NCBI GenBank assembly: GCA_000708835.1
Contig: DF237341.1
Location: 1-64,000, forward strand
Length of the DNA stretch: 64,000 bases
Reading direction: 5' to 3'
From: Klebsormidium nitens
Lineage: Eukaryota > Plantae > Klebsormidiophyceae
The position numbers were made by a program, and so were the translations under genes. This document shows positions 1-9,914 of this stretch, piece by piece (the stretch's first letter is position 1; each line of letters starts with the position of its first letter). The notes below the pieces were generated by a model that saw nothing but the letters and a program-made list of their open reading frames with translations, did no database searches and had not been told where the DNA came from.

Positions 1-175
1 CCATCGATATCCTCATCTACGGCTCCATATCGGCGGCCCTCTCAACCGCCTAACCTCCAAGGTTAACCGCCTAACCGCTGTGCACGCACGCCGGCGCTCA
101 CTAGTTCAAACCCTAACTCGGTCCGAACCCTAATCACGGAGTAATCCGGCTGACCATAATCACCGGATTCTAACA
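1..175. mobile_element. LTR-like terminus (family B), truncated by window edge
   Basis: 17-175 aligns by eye with 8601-8738 (GGCTGACCATAATCACCGGATTCTAACA vs GGCTGACCATAATCGCCGAATCCTAACA). Homology stops exactly at ...TAACA, the TG..CA-type LTR end. Confidence 0.5.
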
Positions 176-997
176 GTGTCGTCAAGGGCTGTGGGGGTGG
201 AAAGAGTTGCGACACTTGAGCTAGCAGTGAGCTCGAGCTCCCTATGGGTCTCCTCTTCTAGGTTCTTAAGCTCAACAACAAGCTTTGCGTGTTAGAATGT
301 AAACCCGGTCTCTTTTTTTCTTCGTTTCGAAAGCTTCCGCCTTTGCAAGATATGCCTTTTCGCAAAGCGTTTTATATTGCTTCTCCGTGTCAATACTAAG
401 CAAATACTCCGTGTATGCTTTCTTGCTCGAAATTAGTAGGTCTTCGAGCTTTGTCGCCCGAATGAGGTGTGCTTCCGCCCGATTTTGAAGCATCACCCAC
501 CGTTGTTGAGGCAAGAGCGACGAAGTGTTTGGAGAGCGCTCTTCAGCCATTGTACGAATTGAAGCAAGAACCTACCCCAAGAAATGAGCTAGAATGATGG
601 ATGAGCAATGTAGGACAAGCAAGCTCCTAGACATGAGCTTTATCGCGCGAGTCTGTACATGTCGAGTGTACACATTCACTCTCTATAAAAGGGCTATATT
701 TTCCAATTTGTCGGTGATCCAGTACCCAATGGAGTACCGAGTGTGTAAGTTCGCCGCATCCTACCTAGCTTGCTCACATCCGTCGATCCAAAATAGCCGT
801 TTTTTTTCGACGGCGCCAATTTTGCGACCGTTGCAACGTGGAATCTCCAGCCTGGTAATGCGCGCGGACAATACGACACTTACTTCAATCAAAGTGCTGT
901 GTCACTTTAAGGATGTGTTTTGCTTGTCAGAGAATGTGAGTACCCTCCCGTTTTATATTTACGATTTACAGCTTCGATACGATGGTCATAACCCTTT

Positions 998-1285
998 GAG
1001 TCACACTCCGTTCTCGAGATGATTATTTGCTTCGGATAGTAGGCTCAATTGACCGCGGATAAGCAAGCCAAAAGTTTCGTGCAAATGTGGATATCCTCGT
1101 GCAAATGTGGATATCCACGGCTATTATCGAACCTACTCATTACGGCCGTTATCTCAATTAGCCATTCGGGTGTAACGCTGTAACCCGCGCGCATTTAATC
1201 GCCAACCGCTAAGTATCGATTATCGTCGAACTCCCGTCGATGTCACTCAAAAAGATCGGGCACACGTAATGCCCGAATCTCAACA
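998..1285 (-). repeat. 3' LTR of the Copia element (partial)
   Basis: Starts TGTTGAGA on minus strand at 1285, immediately after the PPT. 1037-1279 matches 7566-7789 (about 85-90% by eye). Contains a 20-bp tandem duplication TCGTGCAAATGTGGATATCC at 1077-1116. Confidence 0.8.
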
Positions 1286-1292
1286 CTCCCCC
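1286..1292 (-). other. Polypurine tract (GGGGGAG)
   Basis: Minus strand reads ...TCTGGGGGAG|TGTTGAGA, directly after the end of RNase H. Confidence 0.8.
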
Positions 1293-1295
1293 AGA

Positions 1296-3600
1296 CACTA
1301 ATGACTTTTGCAAATCCTATGTCGCTCTTGCACTTCTTGAACTTCCCCGGTGCCAACGCCTTGGTCATGTTGTCCGCCTTCATGTCCTCCGTCATGCGAT
1401 ACGCGAACGCGGCCTCCTTGCGTGCCACACGCTCCCGTGCAAAGTGATGAATCGCGTCAATGTGCTTCGACCGCTGTGAAGGGATCAGGTGGTTTAAGGT
1501 CGAACTTCCCTCATTCGAAGATTCAAAACCCTATTGCCCGTAGCTGTGAATCATGAAGATGTCTTCATTCATATCTCGAGCTTCGCTTTATCTTTTGAGA
1601 TTCGTCTTTTGCATAAGCAAGGACACATGAATTGCTATCTATGAAGCACTAGTCGGCAGAAATGAGGTACTCTGTCTACATGCCACGACATGCTCAAAAC
1701 ATGCTTTCTGGGGCGTTTTGGAGCAGCGGGCACTTTTACGTATTGGCGCCTAAGGACCGTTTGACCAATTTTTTGGAATGAGCAAGGGGGGAAGTTGTCA
1801 TTCGACGAGTAAAGACCTGTTCGGAACATTTCCCAACAAACTTTGACAGAGGAATTTTCAATATGGGCACCATCACTTTTGGACGGAACGCCGATTTCAG
1901 AGGTTTTTGCGCTTTCGTCCAAATGTGATGGTGCCCACTGAAAATTTCTCTGTCAAGGTTTGTTGGAAAATGTTCCAAACAGGTCTTTACTCGTCGAATG
2001 ACAAGTTCCCCCCTTGCTCATTCCAAAAAATTTGGTCAAACGGTTCCCGTACGCCAACACGTAAAAGTGCTCGCTGCTCCAAAACGCCCCAGAAAGCATG
2101 TTTTGAGCATGTCGTGGCATGTAGACAGAGTACCTCCTTTCTGCCGACTAGAGCTTCATAGATAGCAATTCATGTGTCGTTGCTTATGCGAAAGACGAAT
2201 CTCAAAAAGATAAAGCGAAGCTCGAGATAGAAATGAAGACGTCTTCATGATTCTCAGCTACGGGCAATAGGGTTTTGAATCTCCGAATTAGGGAAATCGA
2301 CCTTAAAAGCCGAATTGCCCCTTGGTTGTCGCAGTAGATTTGGACCGTCCCAAGGTCCAACTCAAGATCACCCCGGAGCTTGCGGAACCACAGCGCCGCC
2401 TTAACTGCTTGCGCTGCGCTCATGTACTCCGCCTCCTCTGTTGAGGCCGCCACCGTTGGCTGCAGTCTACTCGACTAGCTCACCGCCCCCCATACATGAG
2501 GAAGACGTACCCCGTTGTGGACTGCTTCGTGTCCACGTCACCCGCGTAATCTGCGTCGCAATAAGCGCAAAGAGTCTCTCGGCTCCCCCCAAACATAACC
2601 CCGTCCTCTGCCGTACCCGCCATGTAGCGCACAACTCCATGCGCCGCCCGCCAGTGCTCCTCTGTCCGCCCCGCCATAAGCGCGCAAGGGCGCCCACCGC
2701 TTGTGCAATGTCGGGCCTATTGCACACACTCAAGTACAACAGGCTTCCTACGCACTCACTGTAGGGAAGCCACTTTGTGTCCAGGGACTCACCCTCTTTC
2801 GTCAATTGTTCCCCGTTTCGGGAGGGACGCTGCGCGCTTGAGCGCTTTTCAGTCCATATTGTCCGACTAGCTCTCCGGTCAGCTTCTTTTGCGTTAGCTT
2901 GGGGGTGTGCGCTTCCCTATTGCGCGTCAGCTCCATGCAAGGAAGTATTTCGCCCTCCCATGTCGTGCACGTCGAACTTGTCCCCTAAATGCGCCTTACT
3001 TTCGCAATGCGGTCCGCTCCCCGGGTCGCCACTAGGATGTCGTCCACCCACACCACTACATAGACCCGATCCCCGGCTATTATTCCCGTGACGAGCGCCG
3101 CGTCCGCCATTGACGCCACAAACTCAGAGTTTCCCGAGCTCCTCCTTTAAGCGCACGTGCCATGCACGCGGCGCCTGGCACAACCCGTACATAATGCGCT
3201 TAAGGTGGCAAACCATGTTGGACCCGCTTTGCTCGTATCCCCGCGGCTGCTCCATGTAGATCTCTTTTCACAGCTTCCTATTGAGGAATGCCGTCTTGAC
3301 GTCCAGCTGATGCAGCTCCATATCGCGCTCGCGACCACCGCCAGTCATGCATGCAATATGGTGTGCTTGCTTGCTCACTGAGGCGTAGACATCCTCAAAG
3401 TCAATTTCCTGCTTTTGCAGGTACCCTTTCGCCACCAACCACGAATCGTACCGCTCGACATTTCCGAGAGCGTCTCGCTTAAATCTTGTAAAACCACTTC
3501 ATGGAAACCGGTTTCACTCCTTCCGATTTTTCGACGAGCTTCCAGGTCCCGTTCTCCAACAAGGACTGCATCTCCTCGTCCATCGACTTTTGCCATAGTT
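1296..3600 (-). pseudogene. Copia reverse transcriptase / RNase H (disrupted)
   Basis: WQKSMDEEMQSLLENGTWKLV (RT start), YSECVGSLLYLSVCNRPDIAQAVG, YCDADYAGDVD..STTGY, EAEYMS, IYCDNQGAI, RSKHID, ADNMTKAL. Split by frameshifts and by the 1498-2302 insertion. Confidence 0.93.
1498..2302. mobile_element. 805-bp foldback (near-palindromic) non-autonomous DNA transposon
   Basis: 1498-1891 is the reverse complement of about 1909-2302 with a ~17-nt loop. TTAA at 1494-1497 and 2303-2306. Removing the element and one TTAA restores the RNase H frame IRLLNHLIPSQRSKHID. Confidence 0.92.
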
Positions 3601-4021
3601 CACTCTCTTCTCCACCTACGGTTTCGTGATCGATCTGCGGTTCAGGGTGCTCCCCCGACCCTTTAAGGTGCTCCCTCGCTTTCGGTTCCGCAGCTAAATT
3701 AGCACGGTATCACACCCCCCGTCCGCGTCTCTCTCGCGCGCGGTACCTCTGGGAAGTCGGTGTTTGCACCGGTATCCTTCTCTATCTTTTCCGGCCCTGA
3801 TCTCGCGCACAGTTTCAGACTTGCCCTAATTTTCGACTGTTTGTAAAGCGCGCGCGGAGGCCGCGGGGTCGTCGGGCGCGCGAGCGGCCGCGTCCCCTTG
3901 CGCGGATTCAACTTTGAGGCCCTCCTGGGCCTCCGTGTGAACCTCTGCGCCGTGACCTTCCGCCGTCTAGGAACCTTCCGTGGGGTTGGAGCCAAGCTCG
4001 ACAACCCCGTTTCCCCCGATC

Positions 4022-4667
4022 TCTTAAAAGAAAAGCGTCTTTGAGCGCCTTTCAAGTGCACAACTACTAGGAATGAGTATCTATCATAAGTCGAGAATCC
4101 AATGGCAAGTCCAATCCCGTAGCTTGGTCTACTCTAGCTTACGTGGAGACTACTTTTAGCCGAGGTATTCCAAAATTCAAATCGGCGGCCTAGCTTCAAC
4201 CACTTCAACAACTACCATCGGATGATCCACACGACTTGACTTTTTAAATGGTTTTGATGTCGTGCTGGAAATGTGCGCGGTCTCAGTCTGCGTTCACCTT
4301 AATCTGATCCTAATCTGATCTTAATCTGCGTGCTCTTAATCCTGGTAGTCTTTTATCACGATTGATCTTAATCTTAACCACCGTTAGACGTCAATCTTAC
4401 AGCACATTAAGACCAATCTCGCTTACATGAAGACCTTAATCTTGCAAGCATTAAGACTTAATCTCGGCCTCATTCGATCTCACATTAAGACTACTCTCGG
4501 CTCATTTTGACCAAACCTATGCATCACACAACGAACCAATCACAATACAATGGTATAGGATATTAGGGCATAATCAAGACAAACTCTCCCTAATCTCAAC
4601 CGCGATTAAGACCAAAGACTTCTTTATTCTAACAGAGATTAAGACCAAAGACTTCTAAATCTCAACA
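4022..4667 (-). mobile_element. Solo LTR (unrelated family) inserted between integrase and RT
   Basis: Minus-strand termini TGTTGAGA...TTTTAAGA (terminal CA mutated to GA). Perfect 5-bp TSD CGATC at 4017-4021 and 4668-4672. Excision restores DVIFDKGIGGNGVVELGS. Confidence 0.85.
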
Positions 4668-4672
4668 CGATC

Positions 4673-5684
4673 CCCTTGTCAAAAATGACGTCCCGGGAGA
4701 TGATGAACTTCCAGTCGCGATCCCGGGGCAACCTATATGCCTTCGAGTCCGGCTCGTACTCCACGAACACACATCGCTTGCTCACCGGAACCAGCTTACG
4801 CCTCCGCTGCTTGGGAACGTGGCAGAACGCTCGGGCCCCAAAAACCCTCATATGCCCGACATTCAACTTTTCACTGGAGAACGCTTCCTAGGGGGTCCTC
4901 CCATGGGCGCTCACGGGCGTCCGGGTCCGGTGTAGTTCGCCGTCACCACGGCTTCCGCCCACACTTCCTTGGGCAACACCGAGTCCTCGAGCATCGCCCG
5001 AGTCCTCTCTTCAAATTCCGGTTAAATCGCTCCGCCGACCCATTCTGCTCGCCGCTATAGGAGGCGGTGTTCTCGTGTTCCCTTTCCCCCAAGAACGTCT
5101 TCAAGGGCCCCGATCCGTCCTTCCCGACTTGAGCTTCCTCCCCAATTGCAACTCCAATCGATTGATTAGTGATCAGTGAACAGTGATCATCGATTGCTCT
5201 GTGACCTTGGCCACCTCGCTCTTCTGCTTCATGGGAACTACAACCGAGAGCTCGCTATATTCGTCCAAGAACGTGGCAAAGTACCGGCTCCCCCCCCCCA
5301 TACCGAGGTTACCGGCATGGCCCGCAGGCGTCCATGGGAAATAGCTCAAGAGGCTCCGTGCTCATGGAGTCGGATTCAGAGAGAAGGAGCCTAGTTTGCT
5401 TGCCCACAATGCAGGGTTCACACACCGAGGATTTGAGCGCCATAAACGCACTCGGTTCCATCCCGACCTTCCACAAGTTCGCCTTGCACCATTTCCGCCA
5501 AGTTTTCGTACCCGGCCTGTCCCAACCGTCGGTGCCACATTTCCGCCGTTTCCGGCTTTTTCATTAGGAAGCACGTGTCCTTTTCCGCCCGGTTGACCAC
5601 GTAGATTCCCTTCACTTTCCGAGCAACAAGGATTACCTCCCCGTCAACCTCAAGTTCGGAGTTGCCATTCTCCTTGATCAACAC
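4673..5684 (-). pseudogene. Copia GAG-pre-integrase plus integrase core and SH3-like C-terminus (disrupted)
   Basis: MWHRRLG, C..C zinc-binding remnant, MDACGPM, EQNGSAERFNR, HMRVFGARAFCHVPKQRRRKL, GYEPDSKAYR-like segment, ISRDVIFD. Confidence 0.9.
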
Positions 5685-5716
5685 TAACGCAATCTCGGTG
5701 GCCGTGCTCCCCGAGA

Positions 5717-5994
5717 TTACATCGTTGCCACCCCCGTGACATACATCACGTTCTGCCGAGTGACCAATCTATCTCCGCTCAGTGTCGCACACCGCAGGTC
5801 AATCGAGCCGGTCCCCTCTGCCAATAGGGTACCCTTTTCCCCAAACGTGAATTCTCGGCCACTCCCCCCGAACAATCCGAGGATCTCAAATAGGCTCTTG
5901 TCCACGGTTAGGTGTTGGAAATAGTACCCGAATCGGCGAGCCACTCGTCGGTACACACTCCCTCAATGACGCTAAAGGCCACACTCTTGGGAGG
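5717..5994 (-). pseudogene. Copia aspartic protease remnant
   Basis: EWLADSG followed, after a frameshift, by HLTVDKSLF...FGEKGTLLAEGTGSI...NVMYV. Confidence 0.8.
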
Positions 5995-5999
5995 TTTCC

Positions 6000-6365
6000 T
6001 GTTGAGATAAGGGCATTTAGAGACCGAATCTCTGGGTGATTCTAGGGTTTTAGGATCACGACGTCGACGTTAATTGGACGATAGCTCGTAGTTACAATTA
6101 CACGGTTGAATGCGCGAGGGCTTTAGGGCTGTAGCTTTACACCCGAATAACTTGGCGATAACCGTTGATATTCTGTAGCTTCGATGATAGCCGTCGAAGT
6201 ACGGTATAGAGTGAAAATTTATACTTACTAGGTGACACTTCATTGAGCCTACTAACTAGGCTGAAGTGTAGACCTAGACATATAGGCCGTGACTCGGAAC
6301 ACTCCATATACATTGTGTGAACTTGATTGATTCAAGATTACTTCCAACAACGCTGTGTTTCGACA
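6000..6365 (+). mobile_element. Solo LTR of a sister Copia family, antisense to its host
   Basis: TGTTGAGA...GTGTTTCGACA. Shares blocks with the reverse complement of both host LTRs (TGAGCCTACTA, ATTGTGTGAACTTGAT, CCAACAACGC.GTGTTTC, TACACCCGAAT). TSD is imperfect: TTTCC at 5995-5999 and 6369-6373. Confidence 0.85.
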
Positions 6366-6373
6366 CATTTTCC

Positions 6374-7190
6374 CCCCTTCTTCCGCTCCGGCTTGTGCTC
6401 GCGCTTGTCCGGTTTGCTGCACTTCCGGGCAATTGTGACCAAACTCCCTGCCATTGTAGCACTTCGGGCCGTTGCCCCGGCTTTCATCCTTGCCGTGGCC
6501 CTTCTCCTTGCTCCCTTTCCGCCCTGCCACATAGGCCACAACGGTGTCCGACCCACCGCCGCCCTTTTCCTTGGACGACTCCTTAAACCACTGCTCATGC
6601 ATTAAGAGCTTCGGCAGAATCGCATCCACAAGGCTAATGGCGCTCTTCAAAGCCTCTAGAATTGTTCTCAGGGTACTACGTCTTGGGCAATCCCGCCAGT
6701 ACGCTCCACGCCAACTTATCCGGCTTCATCTCAAAACCGGTGGCGATCAAGTCCATATACAAATCCTTTGCCCGACCACATACATGGTCCGAGGGCTCAC
6801 CCGACTTCATCTTGAAAGTATGCCAACTCTTTGCCTGAGCTGCATCTTCCTTGCATTGCTTTTGCTCTTGTAGGTCTTCTCAAGGAGATCCCACGCCAGC
6901 TTTGCGGTTTTGCACCCATCAATCGACCCCGAATGGTGATCCTCAACGTTTAGCCCGATGATGGACAACGCTTTCTTTGATGGAGCTGGTTGCGCTACGG
7001 GATCCTCCGTTCCATTCCATAGATCCTTGGAAGTCAGAAGAAACTTCATCTTCAAACTCCACGTTCTATAGTTTTCGACATCCAACTTATCGATGTGGAT
7101 CTTGTATCCGTCGGCCAATTTAGGGATTGCGTTCCGTTTCTTTTCTTCCTCAGGACCAAAGGTGGACACAAATTTCTTCTTGGGCTTTCC
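6374..7190 (-). pseudogene. Copia gag (UBN2/DUF4219-like N-terminus, zinc-knuckle remnant)
   Basis: KLDVENYRTWSLKMKFLLTSKDLW, TAKLAWDLLEKTYKSKSNARKMQLR, KCYN..EFGH..(ARKC) frameshifted CCHC. Confidence 0.9.
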
Positions 7191-7386
7191 CTGCCACTTG
7201 ATCCCGGCCCCCTTACGGGCTTTAAAACGTCGTTTAGCTCAAGGAGCGTCCACGATAAAGCAGATTGCCCCCATCATGCCTTCATTCACAAGAGAAACCA
7301 TTGGCCGACCATTGGCGCAGAGATTCAATCTCCACCCTCCCGGAGATCTACTCTTGAATGCTTGCCGTGGTGTGCCGTCGTGAGCC

Positions 7387-7400
7387 GTGGGCCCATAACC
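7387..7400 (-). other. Primer-binding site complementary to the anticodon arm of initiator tRNA-Met (half-tRNA primer)
   Basis: Minus strand GGTTATGGGCCCAC abuts the 5' LTR end. It is complementary to plant tRNAi-Met GUGGGCCCAUAACC. Confidence 0.85.
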
Positions 7401-7789
7401 CGTTGAAACACGGCGTTGTTGGGAATGAATGATCGAAAGATCAAGTTCACACAATACCTATCGAGTTTTTGGAGAAAAGCGGCGCTAAAGCTATGTGGTC
7501 CGAGTGCTATGTTACACTCACTCAAGTAGAGTCACACTCCTAGTCCAGGTCTATACTAATAGCCTAGTAGGCTCAGTTGATCGCGGATAAGCAAGGCCGA
7601 CTCTTTCGCGCAGGTCTGGATATCTACGGCTATTTTCGAACCTACTCATTACGGCGGTTATCTCAGTAAGTCATTCGGTGTAACGCTGTAACCCGCGCGC
7701 ATTTAATCGCCATGCAACCGCTAACTATCGGTTATCGTCGAAGTCCCGTCGACGTCACCCAATAGATCGCGCACACTAAATGCCCGAAT
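7401..7789 (-). repeat. 5' LTR of the Copia element
   Basis: Ends ...TGTTTCAACG (CA mutated to CG) at the PBS. Homologous to 998-1279 and to the 6000-6365 solo LTR. The last few terminal bases (CTCAACA) are missing. Confidence 0.8.
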
Positions 7790-8600
7790 TGCGCAATTCG
7801 GAATGCTACAGAAGCAAGACGCTTATGCCGCCCGTCGAAAGCGCTGACAAGCATAGCGACATCTCACATAGGAGTCCTTAGGAGTCCTTTGAAGCTTCAA
7901 GAAAGTGTTTCATGAAGGACAAATTGGAACAAGCTGCATATGAGATGCAAAGTTGGCCGCCATTGTGGCTTGCAATGCGCAGTGTCTTACACCCTTCTTT
8001 CAACTATCGGCACTTTCTTCTCACCCTAGGTACCGCGGTACTACTCCATGGTGGTTCGAGTTGGAGGTTCTGACGGAGACCTATAAATTTGCAATATATC
8101 GTCGTGCGGACGGGAAGGTACTGTACTGCCGCAGTTCACAGAAATGCCTGTTGTTCCGAATGTCAGAAAATTGTGATTCATGAACGGGGACCAATCCTCG
8201 AGCACCGTCGAGTACGGTCGTTAGTACTACGTACACACATTTTGTCGCGAGGTCTGACATTGGTGACTGAAAATTCGCGACCGGACCGACCGGACCGATA
8301 CCGCCGAGACCCACTGTAAGTAGCTTGTGCGATGCTCGGCACTCATGCTCATTAATGGGAGCCATGCACCCTGAGACGAAGACACGAAGCGTCTCACAAG
8401 CGGCTTTCTTCTCTTCGCAAACTTTCCAAGAACGATATATTATTAGTAGTGTTTCTCCTCCCTATTGTTTCACGGATCTCTCCTTCCACAAAGCTCATTA
8501 GCCTTATAGGCTTAAGCCAAGTGCCTAAAACGCTCACTACTAGGCTTTAATACCCAAGATCATAGTCACAAGGCTCCATCTGTGCTGTACGACTATTCAC

Positions 8601-8738
8601 ATACGGCTCGGACCGACGGCCCTCTCAACCACCTAACCTCCTCTAAGCACGCAGGCCGGCGCTGACCGAGTCGAAACTTCAACTCGGTCCAAACCTGACC
8701 CCATTGAATCGGCTGACCATAATCGCCGAATCCTAACA
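8601..8738. mobile_element. Second copy of LTR-like family B (may start at TGTAAG, 8315)
   Basis: Aligns with 17-175 and ends CCTAACA. No TSD found. Confidence 0.5.
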
Positions 8739-9316
8739 AGCTTGAACCTCGTTTTGCTGTACAGTAAATCTTCAGAATTGACACAAAAGGGCTGGGCCTT
8801 TAGAGCGCCGGAGATGGAGGAAAGAGATTGTAAGTTGCAAAAAGTTTTGAAATGCAAAACGGGATTAGGTGGTTGAGTGGTTGTGTTTCACATGCAGGGG
8901 ATCTTTATCAAACTTGCCGCTTTTGATTGTCTACTTTGCGAAGCTGGTCAAAATGATTCATTGTTGCGCGCACTCGACCGATTACAATCAATGTGCACGC
9001 GTGCTATATATGCCTTTGCCCCTCCGGAGCAGCCTCTAGAAGTTTAGATGACTGCTGTATATTTAAATTTGCATACGACAACTAGACTAGCGGAAGAGCG
9101 ATTGAAGGGACTAAGCCATGTGTCTCAGCCCGTTTCCAGGTGGCCGTGGTCATGTCATCATAATCTTTATGCAAATGATATTGTGGAGCGCATTGCACTG
9201 ATTTAAAGTGCTCAAGTATGGACCGAATATGTACGTTTTTGGTTGCAATGTTGTGCCGGTCGCTCTTGAGTCTGCGTTATGGTTGGGCACTCGCAACCTT
9301 GCAATTAGCCTCGTGG

Positions 9317-9630
9317 GGGTACCGTCATTTTGAAGTGGCACTGGGGTAGGTATTCTACAGGCCAATTTCTTAAAGGGCCACACGCCCCCCCTTCCTCCAG
9401 GGCCCAGCCAGTCGAAGATCGTCTCATGCTTGTGGCCTCTTAAGCCACAAAACGGGTCAAAATGTGGGGAAATTTGCCCTCATTTTAGTTGAAAAGGCAG
9501 CCGGGGCTGCGCCCCGGCCCAAGGCGTCAAGCCCCCCTCCCCCCCCCACCTCGATCTAGGATACCAAGCCTCAGCCCCCCCTCTCCAATCAGAATACCTA
9601 CCCCGCTTCCCCTTCAAAGTAACGGTACCC
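9317..9630. mobile_element. MITE, 314 bp, 40-bp TIRs
   Basis: 9317-9356 vs reverse complement of 9591-9630: 34/40 identical. GGG...CCC termini. TGG on both flanks (9314-9316, 9631-9633). Confidence 0.85.
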
Positions 9631-9914
9631 TGGTATCGATGATCAGCCGGATAGCTATATTGAAGCGTGAGTCCAGCAGCTCACCAGAAGTGTTTGTCGC
9701 AGTTTCAGGCATTTTCACAAAGGGTAGGACGTGCAAGCTCGATGAAAGACTCCTTGCATTGGTTGTTCAAACAAACTCGGCGCGAACCTTTTCTGAATCT
9801 GACTAGCAAATTTCTGCGACGGAGTTGTATATACATGATCGGATTGGCCGGAAGTAAAAGGCTACTTCTGCGACTCTTCCAAAACAAGGTGAAACGTTCT
9901 ATATGCCTTAGGAC

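Larger units (their letters stand above)
998..7789 (-). mobile_element. Degenerate Ty1/Copia LTR retrotransposon with three nested insertions
   Basis: Minus-strand order is 5'LTR, PBS, gag, protease, integrase, RT, RNase H, PPT, 3'LTR, the Copia domain order. Many stops and frameshifts. The left boundary of the 3' LTR is uncertain. Confidence 0.95.

Noticed and set aside
7790-8314. Short ORFs (7953-8183 etc.) between TE fragments
   Set aside because: No recognisable motifs, no splice structure; cannot be assigned.
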